In this document: piece by piece, positions 20,675 to 30,611 of the stretch
How positions within the stretch are numbered: the first letter of the stretch is position 1
Layout of the letters: every line of letters starts with the position of its first letter
Source of the DNA: an uncultured Desulfobacterales bacterium
GTDB taxonomy: Bacteria; Desulfobacterota; Desulfobacteria; Desulfobacterales; UBA11574
Reading direction: 5' to 3'
NCBI GenBank assembly: GCA_937998305.1
Contig: CALLDL010000148.1
Span: forward strand, 8,839-72,838
DNA: 64,000 nucleotides
Position numbers and translations under genes: made by a program
Notes under the pieces: model-generated
Database searches by the model: none
The model's input: only the letters and a program-made list of their open reading frames with translations
What the model was told of the DNA's origin: nothing

Positions 20675-20918
20675 AGTGTTGATCCATAAATGAGGATTTT
20701 TGTTCAAGATCAAGCCTCCGGCCCGTAAGGCCTACGCCCCGGAGGGGCATGCGAAAAAAATAACCACCCCAGTACGATCTGCCGGACCTGCGGGGCAGGC
20801 AGGCATATGTTTAATATTCCGAGGATTATTTTTTGAGCATAACCCCAGAGAAATAGGCTTCGCATTTCACAGGGCAGGCGCAGAGATTGGGCAAAAAGAC
20901 CATTTATGGAGGGACACT
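20675..20918 (+). mobile_element. MITE-like element, family A, copy 1 (244 bp)
   Basis: Imperfect inverted ends of about 37 nt: agtgttgatccataaatgagg... / ...ccatttatggagggacact. Flanked by direct ATTT (20671-20674 and 20919-20922). Near-identical to 41305-41516 except for a 32-nt hairpin insertion. No coding capacity. Confidence 0.8.
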
Positions 20919-21768
20919 ATTTATATTCATAAAATCCCCGCCCCGTCTTTCTGCCCAGCCAGCCGGCCTCAACATATCGTTTGAGCAGCGGACAGGGCCG
21001 GTACTTTGGATCTTTAAATCCATCGAATAGAGTATCCATAATTGCCAGACAGGTATCCAATCCGATGAGATCCGCCAGTGCCAGAGGACCCATGGGATGG
21101 TTCGCGCCCAGTTTCATGACAATGTCGATATCTTCACGGGAACCCACACCATGATACAGGCAATACACCGCTTCATTGATCATAGGCATGAGTATTCGAT
21201 TGATGATAAAACCGGGGTAATCACTCGCTTCAGCCGGTGTTTTACCCAGCTTTACAGCCAAGTTCCATGTGGTCTTAAACGTGTCATCCGTTGTTCGCAA
21301 CCCCCGGATAATCTCAATCAGTTTCATTACCGGAACCGGATTCATAAAATGCATCCCGATAATTTTATCCGGGCGGGATGTATGGGATGCAATCCGTCCG
21401 ATGGGAATGGAAGATGTATTGGTTGCCAGAATCACATGAGATTCACAGATTTTATCCAGGTCTTTAAATATCTGATACTTGATCGCCTCATTTTCTGTGG
21501 CAGCCTCGACAACAAAATCGACAGACCCCATATCTTTGATGTCTACGCTGGTTCTGATCCGTTTAAGAACAGCATTCACCTCTTCATCCGTCATTCTGCC
21601 TTTGTCGACACTTCGTCTTAAATTCTTCTTAATGCCTGCAAAACCTTTTTCGACAAATTCAGTCTTGATGTCGTTCATGATGACCTCAAAGCCGCTCACG
21701 GCAGCAACCTGAGCAATACCGTTTCCCATCTGACCCGCACCAATAACGCCGAATGTTTTTATGTCCAT
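20917..21768 (-). CDS. hbd: 3-hydroxybutyryl-CoA dehydrogenase
   Basis: 283 aa. NAD fold [14 protein letters not shown] and a C-terminal [12 protein letters not shown] end typical of Hbd. Confidence 0.9.
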   Translation of the reverse strand: MDIKTFGVIGAGQMGNGIAQVAAVSGFEVIMNDIKTEFVEKGFAGIKKNLRRSVDKGRMTDEEVNAVLKRIRTSVDIKDMGSVDFVVEAATENEAIKYQIFKDLDKICESHVILATNTSSIPIGRIASHTSRPDKIIGMHFMNPVPVMKLIEIIRGLRTTDDTFKTTWNLAVKLGKTPAEASDYPGFIINRILMPMINEAVYCLYHGVGSREDIDIVMKLGANHPMGPLALADLIGLDTCLAIMDTLFDGFKDPKYRPCPLLKRYVEAGWLGRKTGRGFYEYK

Positions 21769-21777
21769 TTTTCTCTC

Positions 21778-22953
21778 CTATCGTTTTACCACCATGGCAA
21801 CACCTTCCCCACCCCCGAGACACAGCGAAGCAACCCCGATCTTTTTGTCCTGTCGAATCATTTCATGCAAAAGGGACACCAGCACTCGACATCCGCTGGC
21901 ACCGATGGGATGCCCCAGAGCGACACTCCCGCCGTTTACATTCACCTTTGCATGATCCAGGTCAAGCTCCTTCAGCACCGCTGCCGTCGAACCGCTGAAC
22001 GCTTCGTTGATCTCAAATAGATCGACATCTGAAAGGGAAATCCCTTCCTTCCTCAAACATTTTGGAATGGCCCAAATGGGTGCCACAAGAAGGTATTTCA
22101 TATCCATGCCAAAAGATGCCTGAGCGCCTATGGTCGCGATGACCCGGCATCCCAATGCCTTGGCTTTGTCTTTTGACATGACCACCACGGCTGCAGCACC
22201 GTCACTGATGATGGATGCATTGCCGGCCGTTCCCCTTCCGTCCTTTTTAAACGCCGGTTTCATTTTTGATAGAGCTTCAAAGGTCGTCTCACGGGGGCAT
22301 TCATCTTGATCAAAAATAACAGGATCGCCTTTTCGTTGGGGGATTTCAACAGGAACGATTTCATCTTTAAATCGACCGTTACGGATGGCTTCAAGCGTTC
22401 GAAGATACGACTCTGCGGCATAACGGTCCTGGTCTTCGCGGCTGATGTCATACTTTTCGGAACACAGCTCATTGGAAACTCCCATGTGAAAATCGTTGAC
22501 AATATCCCAGAGACCGTCATGAACCATGTGATCTTCAAGGGTGCCCGGCCCCATGCGATAACCAAAACGACCTTTTTCAAGATAATACGGTGCCATACTC
22601 ATGTTTTCCATTCCGCCTGCAACCGCCACATCGGCATCGCCAAGCTGGATAGCCTGGGCTGCCAGCATGACCGCTTTTAATGCTGAACCGCAAACCTTAT
22701 TCACGGTGATGCATTCAACCCCAAAAGGCATATCAGCCTTAACAGCCGCCTGTCGGGCCGGATTTTGACCGTAGCCGCAGGGCAGTACCATTCCCATGAT
22801 GATTTCATTTACCGTTTGTTTCTCAATGCCGGCGCGCTGGATGGCTCCTTCAATGACGATGGCGCCCAGTTTGGTCGCTCCAACGTTGCTTAAAGAACCA
22901 TTAAAATTGCCCAAAGGCGTCCGAACGGCACTTACGATTACTGCTTCTCTCAT
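21778..22953 (-). CDS. acetyl-CoA C-acetyltransferase (thiolase II)
   Basis: 391 aa. Active-site context VNKVCGSALKA, NVNGGSVALGHPIGASG and CLGGGEGVAMVV. Confidence 0.92.
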   Translation of the reverse strand: MREAVIVSAVRTPLGNFNGSLSNVGATKLGAIVIEGAIQRAGIEKQTVNEIIMGMVLPCGYGQNPARQAAVKADMPFGVECITVNKVCGSALKAVMLAAQAIQLGDADVAVAGGMENMSMAPYYLEKGRFGYRMGPGTLEDHMVHDGLWDIVNDFHMGVSNELCSEKYDISREDQDRYAAESYLRTLEAIRNGRFKDEIVPVEIPQRKGDPVIFDQDECPRETTFEALSKMKPAFKKDGRGTAGNASIISDGAAAVVVMSKDKAKALGCRVIATIGAQASFGMDMKYLLVAPIWAIPKCLRKEGISLSDVDLFEINEAFSGSTAAVLKELDLDHAKVNVNGGSVALGHPIGASGCRVLVSLLHEMIRQDKKIGVASLCLGGGEGVAMVVKR

Positions 22954-23053
22954 GTCTATCTCCTTTTATTTTCTTTCTATGACCTATTTCAAAACCTTCT
23001 TAGGGGCGATTTTGAAAAAATTTTAGAATAATCATAAATTAACAGCACCAAAC

Positions 23054-23255
23054 ACATTTCCAGCTCATAAATAAGGCATTTATTCGATGAGCGAGTTGAG
23101 TCCCTTTATTTTTTTAAATCAGATACGAAATCCCGTTTGTTTAACGGGGACCGCACAAGAGTTTTCATCCGAGGCGTACTTATCGTACGTTGAGGATGGA
23201 AACTTGCGGAGAACGCTGCTCATCGGAAAAAGGGCTATTTATGCACTGGAAACTT
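23054..23255 (+). mobile_element. MITE-like element, family B, copy 1
   Basis: Ends acatttccagctcataaataagg / ctatttatgcactggaaact are inverted repeats related to the family A ends. An internal block of about 80 nt (gagttgagtccctttatttttttaaatcagatacgaaatcccgtttgtttaacgggg) recurs inverted at 34400-34490. Confidence 0.7.
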
Positions 23256-26200
23256 TACATGCTTCGTCGATACTTCCCCCCCACATCATACAACGCCCGG
23301 GTAATCTGGCCCAGGGTGCACACTTTAACGGCCTCCATCAGTTCTTCAAAAGTGTTTTCCCCTGACAACGCAACGCTCTGAAGACGTCGTAATGCATTAT
23401 CTGTTTCTTTTTTGTTTTGTTTCTTGAATGCCGCCAGACGTTTAAGTTGTGATTTCTTTTCACCTTCGGTGGCCCTGGATAACTCAATGTACTCGCTCAA
23501 TTGTTCCAAATCGGCATCAGGATCTCGAAAGGTATTGACACCGATGATGGGCAACTCGGCGGTATGCTTTAAATTTTCATAATACATCGATTCCTCTTGA
23601 ATCTTGCTTCTCTGATAACCGGTCTCCATGGCTCCCAGCACACCTCCACGTTCGGTGATCCTGTCGAATTCTGCAAGGACCGCTTTCTCCACCAACCGCG
23701 TCAACTCCTCGACAACGAAGCTGCCTTGATTCAAATTCTCATTTTTTGCAAGGCCCCATTCCCGGTTGATAATGAGCTGAATAGCCAAAGCACGTCGGAC
23801 CGATTCATTGCTCGGCGTCGTAATGGCTTCATCAAAGGCATTTGTGTGCAAACTGTTGCAGTTGTCATAAATCGCACAAAGTGCCTGAAGCGTTGTCCGA
23901 ATGTCGTTAAGCTGGATGTCCTGGCTGTGTAAGGAACGGCCGGATGTCTGTATATGATATTTCAGCATCTGAGACCGGGCGGACCCGCCGTATCTATTCT
24001 TCATGGCAATAGACCAAATACGTCTGGCCACTCTCCCGATGACCGTATATTCCGGATCCATGCCATTGGAAAAGAAAAAGGACAAATTGGGTGCAAAGCT
24101 GTCGATGGGCATCCCCCGGGATAGATAATATTCGACATAGGTAAATCCGTTGGCCAGTGTAAGGGCCAGTTGAGTAATCGGGTTGGCGCCGGCCTCGGCA
24201 ATGTGGTATCCTGAAATAGATACCGAATAGAAATTTCGCACGTTGTTTTCTATAAAGTACTTCTGGATGTCCCCCATCATTTTCAGCGCAAATTCAATGG
24301 AGAAAATACAGGTGTTTTGGCCTTGATCTTCTTTTAAAATATCCGCTTGAACCGTTCCGCGAACATCGGACAAGGCCCTGGATCGAATGTCATTGTATTC
24401 TCTCTTCGAAGGTTCTCTTTTTTCTCGGGCTCGAAACAGATCCACTTGTTGATCGACGGCAGTATTTAAAAACATGGCAAGTATGATAGGGGCAGGTCCG
24501 TTGATAGTCATGGAAACAGATGTGTTGGGTGCACACAGATTAAAACCGTCATAAAGCACTTTTATATCGTCGAGGGTACATATACTGACGCCGGAAGTGC
24601 CGACTTTGCCGTAGATATCCGGCCTTATGTCCGGATCGCAGCCGTATAATGTGACAGAATCAAATGCCGTGGACAGACGCTTGGCCTTGGCATCAGCAGA
24701 TAAAAGCTTGAATCGTCTATTGGTCCTTGCAGGGTCCCCTTCCCCTGCAAACATACGTGTGGGATCTTCGTCAACCCGTTTTAACGGAAAAACACCGGAG
24801 GTAAACGGATACCGACCGGGAATATTTTCTTCTCTCAACCAGGTGTAAATTTCTCCGGGGTCCTTGTACTTGGGAAGTACAATCTTCGGAATTCTCATAT
24901 GCGCCAATGACGTTGTGTAAAGTGGAACACGAATCTCCCGGTTCCGAACACGGTATGTAAGCTCGTCTTTCGTGTAAGTCTTTTGGATATCTTCCCAGTC
25001 ATCGAGTAGACGGGTCGTCTCGGAATACAGTGTGTTTTCACCTCTTTCAATTTCCATTTTGAGCCGATCTATAACCTGTGATGTATCGGCTATAAGACTA
25101 TCCCCGGATAGGGCCGTTGCGGTCTCCTTGAGGTGCCAGACCTTTCGGACTGCATCTGCCTGCTCTTGGGTTTCTCGATGATATTTCCTGATGGTGCCGG
25201 CGATTTCAGCAAGGTAACGGGTTCGCTCCGGAGGAATTATAATGGTTTTGGATGTCGATGTCTTTGTTTTAGGTCTGGAAAGACTCGAGTCCAATACGAT
25301 CTGTGTTCTTTCAGACAATGCATCGATAATCCCATGATACAAGGCCGTAACGCCATCGTCGTTAAATTTGGAAGCAATGGTTCCGTAAACAGGCATTTTC
25401 CCGGGAGATTTGTCCCATGCCTTCCGGTTGCGCTGCACCTGTTTGCGCACATCGCGCACCGCATCCTCGCCGCCTTGTTTCTCATATTTGTTCACGACAA
25501 TAAGGTGGGCAAAATCAAGCATGTCTATTTTTTCGAGCTGGGTGGCAGCCCCGAATTCACTGGTCATCACATAGATCGATAAATCAACAAGGTCGATGAT
25601 ACTCGAATCTCCCTGCCCGATTCCTGCTGTTTCCACAATAACAAGGTCAAAGCCCGCGGCTTTCGCAACGTCTATGGTTTCTGCCAGGGCATGGGGGATT
25701 TCTGTCTGTGATCCTCGGGTAGCAAGGCTCCGCATATAAACCTTTGGATTTTCGATGGCATTCATACGTATCCTGTCACCTAAAAGCGCACCGCCGGTTT
25801 TACGACGGGACGGATCGCTGCTGATGACCGCCAGATGAATATGTTCAAGATCATTTAGAATTCTTAAGATAATTTCATCTGTCAGAGACGATTTTCCGGC
25901 CCCACCGGTTCCGGTAATGCCGATAACCGGTATTTTTCGTTTCCCGATCTTTTTTTTAATTTGAGATCTGAGTAAAGCAAGATGGCCGTCTTCCTGTGCC
26001 TTGGCCTGCTCAACGGCGGTAATCAGATTGGCGACCATGGACATGTTGTCCGGTGACAGCGCTGAAAAGTCAAATTCGGTCTTGTTAACCGTAGAAAAAT
26101 CAATCTGTTTTATCATGTGATGGATCATACCCTGGAGCCCCATTTTGGCGCCGTCTTCAGGAGAATATATTTTAGTGACACCGTATGATTCCAGCTCTTT

Positions 26201-26533
26201 TATCTCTTCAGGTATGATAACCCCGCCGCCGCCTCCAAAAATCTTGATATGCGGAACATTTCTTTCTTTCAAAAGGTCGACGATGTATTTAAAGAATTCC
26301 ATATGACCGCCCTGATAACTTGACACCGCAACCGCTTGAACATCTTCCTGGATTGCAGCATCGACGATTTCATGAACAGAGCGGTTATGTCCCAAGTGAA
26401 TGACCTCAACACCGGCATCCTGGAGTATGCGACGCATGATGTTTATGGATACATCATGACCATCAAAAAGGGATGTTGCGGTGACGACTCTGATGGGGTG
26501 TTTGGGATTGTAAGCTTCAACGTCCATCGTCAT
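23255..26533 (-). CDS. icmF: fused isobutyryl-CoA mutase IcmF (B12-binding domain, MeaB-type GTPase, mutase catalytic domain)
   Basis: About 1090 aa. N-terminal B12 domain ([19 protein letters not shown]). G-domain motifs [30 protein letters not shown] and ETAGIGQGD. The mutase domain has RMFAGEG (Phe) and DQGQNTCIF (Gln), where from memory methylmalonyl-CoA mutase has Tyr and Arg. RBS AAGGAGG precedes ATG 26533/26527. The track start at 26548 is a TTG inside the RBS. Confidence 0.88.
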   Translation of the reverse strand: MTMDVEAYNPKHPIRVVTATSLFDGHDVSINIMRRILQDAGVEVIHLGHNRSVHEIVDAAIQEDVQAVAVSSYQGGHMEFFKYIVDLLKERNVPHIKIFGGGGGVIIPEEIKELESYGVTKIYSPEDGAKMGLQGMIHHMIKQIDFSTVNKTEFDFSALSPDNMSMVANLITAVEQAKAQEDGHLALLRSQIKKKIGKRKIPVIGITGTGGAGKSSLTDEIILRILNDLEHIHLAVISSDPSRRKTGGALLGDRIRMNAIENPKVYMRSLATRGSQTEIPHALAETIDVAKAAGFDLVIVETAGIGQGDSSIIDLVDLSIYVMTSEFGAATQLEKIDMLDFAHLIVVNKYEKQGGEDAVRDVRKQVQRNRKAWDKSPGKMPVYGTIASKFNDDGVTALYHGIIDALSERTQIVLDSSLSRPKTKTSTSKTIIIPPERTRYLAEIAGTIRKYHRETQEQADAVRKVWHLKETATALSGDSLIADTSQVIDRLKMEIERGENTLYSETTRLLDDWEDIQKTYTKDELTYRVRNREIRVPLYTTSLAHMRIPKIVLPKYKDPGEIYTWLREENIPGRYPFTSGVFPLKRVDEDPTRMFAGEGDPARTNRRFKLLSADAKAKRLSTAFDSVTLYGCDPDIRPDIYGKVGTSGVSICTLDDIKVLYDGFNLCAPNTSVSMTINGPAPIILAMFLNTAVDQQVDLFRAREKREPSKREYNDIRSRALSDVRGTVQADILKEDQGQNTCIFSIEFALKMMGDIQKYFIENNVRNFYSVSISGYHIAEAGANPITQLALTLANGFTYVEYYLSRGMPIDSFAPNLSFFFSNGMDPEYTVIGRVARRIWSIAMKNRYGGSARSQMLKYHIQTSGRSLHSQDIQLNDIRTTLQALCAIYDNCNSLHTNAFDEAITTPSNESVRRALAIQLIINREWGLAKNENLNQGSFVVEELTRLVEKAVLAEFDRITERGGVLGAMETGYQRSKIQEESMYYENLKHTAELPIIGVNTFRDPDADLEQLSEYIELSRATEGEKKSQLKRLAAFKKQNKKETDNALRRLQSVALSGENTFEELMEAVKVCTLGQITRALYDVGGKYRRSM

Positions 26534-26618
26534 GCATCCTCCTTGCAAAATTTAAGATTTTCGATTGAAGATTGACTATTAAAGGTATCTTCCAATTTTA
26601 TTGATAACCGGTTTGGGT

Positions 26619-27248
26619 TCAAGATATTCCAAGAATAAATTCGGTTTGGAGTTCAATATAATCTTCAATACTGTAATGTCGGGCAAGAAACCAGCGCCGA
26701 AACGTCCACATATGGCCCAGAACAGAAATATTGTGTGCAATAAGTTCCATGGAGCGATCACTTAAATGTGGTAAATCACCGGATGAAATCAAACGTTCAA
26801 GCACTTCCATGAAAATACCGGTAATGCGAACTTCATTCTCGAGTACTTTTTTACGCCATTGGGGTGGAAGAGATTGAGTTTCCTGGTAAATCAGCAGGAT
26901 ATGATCGTTCATTCGGTTGCAGACTAAAAAATATTCACGAATTACTTCAGCCAGTGAACTGCGGCCGTCTGAAGCTCTTGCCATTGCTTCTGAAACCCCC
27001 CGTTCGACCTCGGCATGAATGGCATCGCAAACCAGATACAAAATATCCTCTTTAGAAGCGATATATTCATACAATGAACCAATGGAAATACCTGCGGAAC
27101 GGGCGATCTGTCGTGTTGTGGTCTTGTGAAACCCCTGATTGATGAACAGCGGGACCGCAGCATCGACGATCTGGTGATGACGCTGTTCCACAAGTTCAGG
27201 ATTTTTTATTTGAGTCGGAATTTCTTTTGTTGCATGCCTTTGTTCCAT
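26619..27248 (-). CDS. TetR/AcrR-family transcriptional regulator
   Basis: 209 aa. TetR_N HTH (FHKTTTRQIARSAGISIGSLYEYIASKEDIL). Divergent from the liu-like operon and co-directional with icmF. Confidence 0.88.
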   Translation of the reverse strand: MEQRHATKEIPTQIKNPELVEQRHHQIVDAAVPLFINQGFHKTTTRQIARSAGISIGSLYEYIASKEDILYLVCDAIHAEVERGVSEAMARASDGRSSLAEVIREYFLVCNRMNDHILLIYQETQSLPPQWRKKVLENEVRITGIFMEVLERLISSGDLPHLSDRSMELIAHNISVLGHMWTFRRWFLARHYSIEDYIELQTEFILGIS

Positions 27249-27294
27249 AACAACTCCAAACGTTATTTGACGGATAGGTAGCGCCGGACCAATC

Positions 27295-27312
27295 TGACCG
27301 AGCGCTCGCTCA
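27295..27312. promoter_or_regulatory. 18-bp palindrome TGACCGAGCGCTCGCTCA, candidate TetR operator 1
   Basis: 16 of 18 positions are self-complementary. Lies 47 nt upstream of the tetR start. An identical 18-mer occurs at 27459-27476. Confidence 0.6.
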
Positions 27313-27458
27313 TAATTGGTATCATGTTCCCATCTTTACTGTCAAGATTTTTCCTATGAAAGAAGAAACTTAATAGTATAAAATATGCCATTTAAATCAA
27401 GCAGTAATAAAGCTATTGACAAATTTGGTCATCAAAGGTACACATAAATTTAATCTTG

Positions 27459-27476
27459 TGACCGAGCGCTCGCTCA
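27459..27476. promoter_or_regulatory. 18-bp palindrome TGACCGAGCGCTCGCTCA, candidate TetR operator 2
   Basis: Exact second copy, on the liu-operon side of the divergent intergenic region. Lies about 38 nt downstream of a TTGACA hexamer (27416-27421). Confidence 0.6.
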
Positions 27477-27672
27477 CATTTATTGAACAACCATTGAGGT
27501 TAAATATTTGGAAAATTGTTATGATAAGGCCCTCGTTGATCGATAAAATGAATGATCCTTGATTAATGAAATGTTTTGCCTTAAATTAATTTAGTTATAT
27601 CCCTGTCACTATTTGAAACGCTAAGCTTAGGTATAAAATTTATATAAGGTTTTAAAAAAAGGAGGGTCCATC

Positions 27673-28449
27673 ATGGGAAAAAACCTCGTATTGACCGAAA
27701 AGCAAGACATGATCGGCGTAATTACGCTGAACCGGCCGGAAGCGATGAATACCTTTAACGTTCCCTTTGCCAGAGCATTGAATGATACTCTTTTGGATAT
27801 GGATCAGGATGACGACGTCCGTGTCGTGGTGATCCGTGCAGCAGGCAAACATTTTTCAACCGGCATCTCCCTCCCGGAATTCCAGGGAAAAAATCCCAGA
27901 GAACTCCGAGAATTTCTGAGTTTAATGGATGAATTTTATCACACCCTGCCCCGGATGAAAAAGCCGGTGATCGCCTCGGTCAAAGGCGCCGCAGTGGCCA
28001 ATGGCGCCGGCCTTGTGTTTGCCTGCGATCTGGCGGTGGCCGCCGAAAATGCCAGGTTCGGAACCACTGCTATTAATGTGGGATTAATCTGCTTAGGCCC
28101 GGCCGTACCCCTGGCGCGTCATGTCGGTCGAAAAAAAGCACTTGAAATGATCCTCACCGGAAATATTATTTCAGCTCCTGAAGCCCAGCAACTCGGTTTG
28201 ATAAACAAAGTGGTACCTTCGGACGATCTTGAAGCCGAAACTATGAAGTTTGCTGAAAAAATTGCTGAAAAAAGCCCCCTGGCGGTACAGATTGGAAAAA
28301 CCGGCGTCTACGCTATGTCGGAAATTCCGTATCACCAGGCCGTTGACTATATGGATGAACTATTTGCTTCCCTTTGCGGTACAGAGGACGCCATAGAAGG
28401 AATTAACGCTTTTATGGAAAAACGGAAACCCGTCTGGAAAAACAAATAA
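27673..28449 (+). CDS. enoyl-CoA hydratase/isomerase (crotonase family)
   Basis: 258 aa. Crotonase core VIASVKGAAVANGAGLVFACDLAVA. RBS AAGGAGGG upstream. Confidence 0.88.
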   Translation: MGKNLVLTEKQDMIGVITLNRPEAMNTFNVPFARALNDTLLDMDQDDDVRVVVIRAAGKHFSTGISLPEFQGKNPRELREFLSLMDEFYHTLPRMKKPVIASVKGAAVANGAGLVFACDLAVAAENARFGTTAINVGLICLGPAVPLARHVGRKKALEMILTGNIISAPEAQQLGLINKVVPSDDLEAETMKFAEKIAEKSPLAVQIGKTGVYAMSEIPYHQAVDYMDELFASLCGTEDAIEGINAFMEKRKPVWKNK

Positions 28450-28463
28450 CCAGGAGGGCTACA

Positions 28464-29612
28464 TTGGATTTCGATCTGACCAAAGAACAGGAGATGATCC
28501 GCAGAGAAGTTCGAAAATTTGCACAAAGTGAGATTGCACCGGTGGCTTCGGAACTCGATGAAAAAGAAGAGTTCTCTGCTGAAGTCACACGGAAAATGGG
28601 TGAAATCGGTCTGTTCGGTATGTTTGTCTCAGAAAAATATGATGGCCAGGACATGGACTATCTGTCCTACATCATTGCCGTCGAAGAGATTGCACGAGTG
28701 GATGGATCTCAGGCAGCCACCGTTGCCGCCGGGAACTCCCTTGGAATCGGCCCCATATACTATTTTGGTACAGAGGAACAAAAGAAAAAGTATCTCCCAA
28801 AACTCTGCTCCGGTGAGGGGCTGTGGGGCTTTGGCCTTACGGAACCTACTGCCGGTTCCGATGCCGGCGGCAGTAAAACCACTGCCGTAAAGGATGGTAA
28901 CGAATGGGTTCTCAACGGATCTAAAATTTTCATTACCAATGCAGCTTGCGAGTTAAGCATGGGTGTAACGGTTCAGGCGGTCACCGGTACCCGACCCAGC
29001 GGAAAACCGGAATATACGTGCTTTTTGGTTGAACACGGAACGCCGGGCTTTAAAGCCGTGCCCATGCATAAAAAGATGATGTGGCGGGCTTCAGACACCG
29101 CTGAGCTTTATTTTGATGATGTCAAAATTCCTGAAAATAATATTTTAGGTTTGCCGGGAGACGGTTTTCACCAAATGCTCGCAACCCTTGACGGCGGCAG
29201 GCTCTCCATTGCTGCTATGGGCCTCGGGGGGTCACAAGGAGCTTACGAAGCCGCGCTTAAATATGCCAAAAACAGGGTTCAGTTCGGGCAACCCATTTGT
29301 AAGTTCCAGGCCGTGGCCTTTAAACTGGCAGACTGCGCCCTTGAAATTGAGTGCGCTCGCAATCTCTTATATAAGGCCTGCTGGCTGAAAGATCACCAAC
29401 GGTCTTTTGAAAAGGAAGCAGCCATGGCCAAACTTTACTGTTCTGAACTTATGGGTCGAGTAGCGAATCATGCTGTCCAGATCCATGGCGGATATGGTTT
29501 GATGAAGGAATACAACGTGGAGAGATTTTATCGAGACCAGAAACTTCTCGACATCGGAGAAGGGACTTCCGAGGTTCAGAGAATTGTTATTTCTAGGTAT
29601 ATAGGGTGTTAG
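28464..29612 (+). CDS. acyl-CoA dehydrogenase (isovaleryl-CoA dehydrogenase-like by context)
   Basis: 382 aa. ACAD fold (GLTEPTAGSDAGG, IGEGTSEVQR). TTG start preceded by AGGAGGG. The substrate call rests only on the neighbouring genes. Confidence 0.82.
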   Translation: MDFDLTKEQEMIRREVRKFAQSEIAPVASELDEKEEFSAEVTRKMGEIGLFGMFVSEKYDGQDMDYLSYIIAVEEIARVDGSQAATVAAGNSLGIGPIYYFGTEEQKKKYLPKLCSGEGLWGFGLTEPTAGSDAGGSKTTAVKDGNEWVLNGSKIFITNAACELSMGVTVQAVTGTRPSGKPEYTCFLVEHGTPGFKAVPMHKKMMWRASDTAELYFDDVKIPENNILGLPGDGFHQMLATLDGGRLSIAAMGLGGSQGAYEAALKYAKNRVQFGQPICKFQAVAFKLADCALEIECARNLLYKACWLKDHQRSFEKEAAMAKLYCSELMGRVANHAVQIHGGYGLMKEYNVERFYRDQKLLDIGEGTSEVQRIVISRYIGC

Positions 29613-29777
29613 CCCGAATATTTCATGAAAATCACCTTACGGGCGTGTTCGAGACGCCCATTTGCTTCGTTATCAAGGGCTTGCAGTAGTCTGCGGAGGT
29701 CTATCCCGCTTTGTATAGCGGGGCTGCACCCTTGAATGTCTTGCAAATGAACGCCTCGGACACTTGAAATATCCGGG
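29613..29777. repeat. 165-bp imperfect palindromic element (family G) inside the liu-like operon
   Basis: Ends cccgaatatttca / tgaaatatccggg. Matching arm segments catttgc and tcaaggg. Central hairpin cccgctttgtatagcgggg. Begins at the nucleotide after the acd stop codon and ends 41 nt before the next start codon. Confidence 0.65.
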
Positions 29778-29818
29778 TTAAGATTGTTGATTGATGATTG
29801 AAAATTGAGGGATTGATT

Positions 29819-30601
29819 ATGGATGAAAAAGTCCTTTTGACAGAAGAACGCGATGGCATTGCGATTTTGACGCTAAACCGGGCCGAGGTAATGAATTCTT
29901 TTAACTTTGCATTGCTTCAAGCCCTTGAGAAACAGATTGAAGCCCTTAAACTCAACAATAATATTCGTGTGGTCATCATCACCGGATCCGGACAAAAAGC
30001 CTTTTGCGCCGGAGCAGATTTAAAAGAAAGAACCACCTATAGTGAATCTCAGGTAAAAACGTTCATTTCTACCATCAAAAATCTTTTTACTTCCATTGAA
30101 CACCTGAACAAGCCGGTGATTGCCGCCATAAACGGTGTCGCTCTGGGTGGTGGAACCGAGCTTGCCCTTGCCTGTGACATTCGGATCGCATCCATGAATG
30201 CTTTAATGGGCCTTACAGAAACCCGTTTTGCCATCATACCCGGAGCGGGCGGTACCCAGAGACTTCCGAGGTTGATCGGGCGGGGAAAAGCAAAGGAACT
30301 CATCTTTACCGGACGTCGTGTAGATGCGCAAGAAGCCTTGCAGATTGGACTTGTCAATCAAATATACGAACAGGAATCGCTTCTTGACGAATGTCTCAAA
30401 ATGGCCGCCATGATCTGTGAAGCCGGTCCTATTGCCATTGAACAAGCCAAGTATGCCATCAATTACGGCCTTGAAACCGATCTTCACACAGGCCTGGGCA
30501 TTGAATCCAATGCATACTGGGTCACCGTCCCAACGGAGGATCGTCTGGAAGGCCTGGCCGCTTTTCAGGAAAAACGAAAACCGGTATATAAAGGAAAATA
30601 G
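29819..30601 (+). CDS. enoyl-CoA hydratase (methylglutaconyl-CoA hydratase-like)
   Basis: ATG 29819 (MDEKVLLTEERDGIAILTLNR) follows GAGGG. Crotonase core VIAAINGVALGGGTELALACDIRIA. The track start at 29798 lies inside repeat G. Confidence 0.8.
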   Translation: MDEKVLLTEERDGIAILTLNRAEVMNSFNFALLQALEKQIEALKLNNNIRVVIITGSGQKAFCAGADLKERTTYSESQVKTFISTIKNLFTSIEHLNKPVIAAINGVALGGGTELALACDIRIASMNALMGLTETRFAIIPGAGGTQRLPRLIGRGKAKELIFTGRRVDAQEALQIGLVNQIYEQESLLDECLKMAAMICEAGPIAIEQAKYAINYGLETDLHTGLGIESNAYWVTVPTEDRLEGLAAFQEKRKPVYKGK

Positions 30602-30611
30602 AGGAAATCTT

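Noticed and set aside
20700-20984. 94-aa plus-strand ORF, together with the similar 71-aa ORF at 40171..40386
   Set aside because: Both lie inside family A MITE copies and have no RBS. Their similarity simply reflects the repeated DNA, and a third copy is in the opposite orientation. I treat them as spurious.
21097-21621. Long antisense ORFs inside well-supported genes (21097..21621 in hbd, 25133..25582 in icmF, 52762..53223 in the MFS gene, 42695..43168, 4950..5321, and others)
   Set aside because: Their products are low-complexity or Arg/Cys/His-rich and resemble no family. They are fully embedded opposite strongly supported genes, which is the typical shadow-ORF pattern.
23087-23365. 92-aa plus-strand ORF downstream of icmF
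   Set aside because: It starts inside MITE B1 and runs antisense into the icmF 3' end. It has no supporting signals.
27416-27444. Sigma-70 promoter call for the liu-like operon (TTGACA at 27416-27421)
   Set aside because: The -35 hexamer is perfect, but at a 17-19-nt spacing the -10 candidates (TACACA, CACATA) are poor. I mention it only as context for operator 2.
30417-30611. Long N-terminal extension of the carboxyltransferase ORF (track start 30417)
   Set aside because: The extension overlaps the preceding hydratase gene by about 185 nt in another frame. ATG 30612 has an RBS and gives a family-typical N-terminus.
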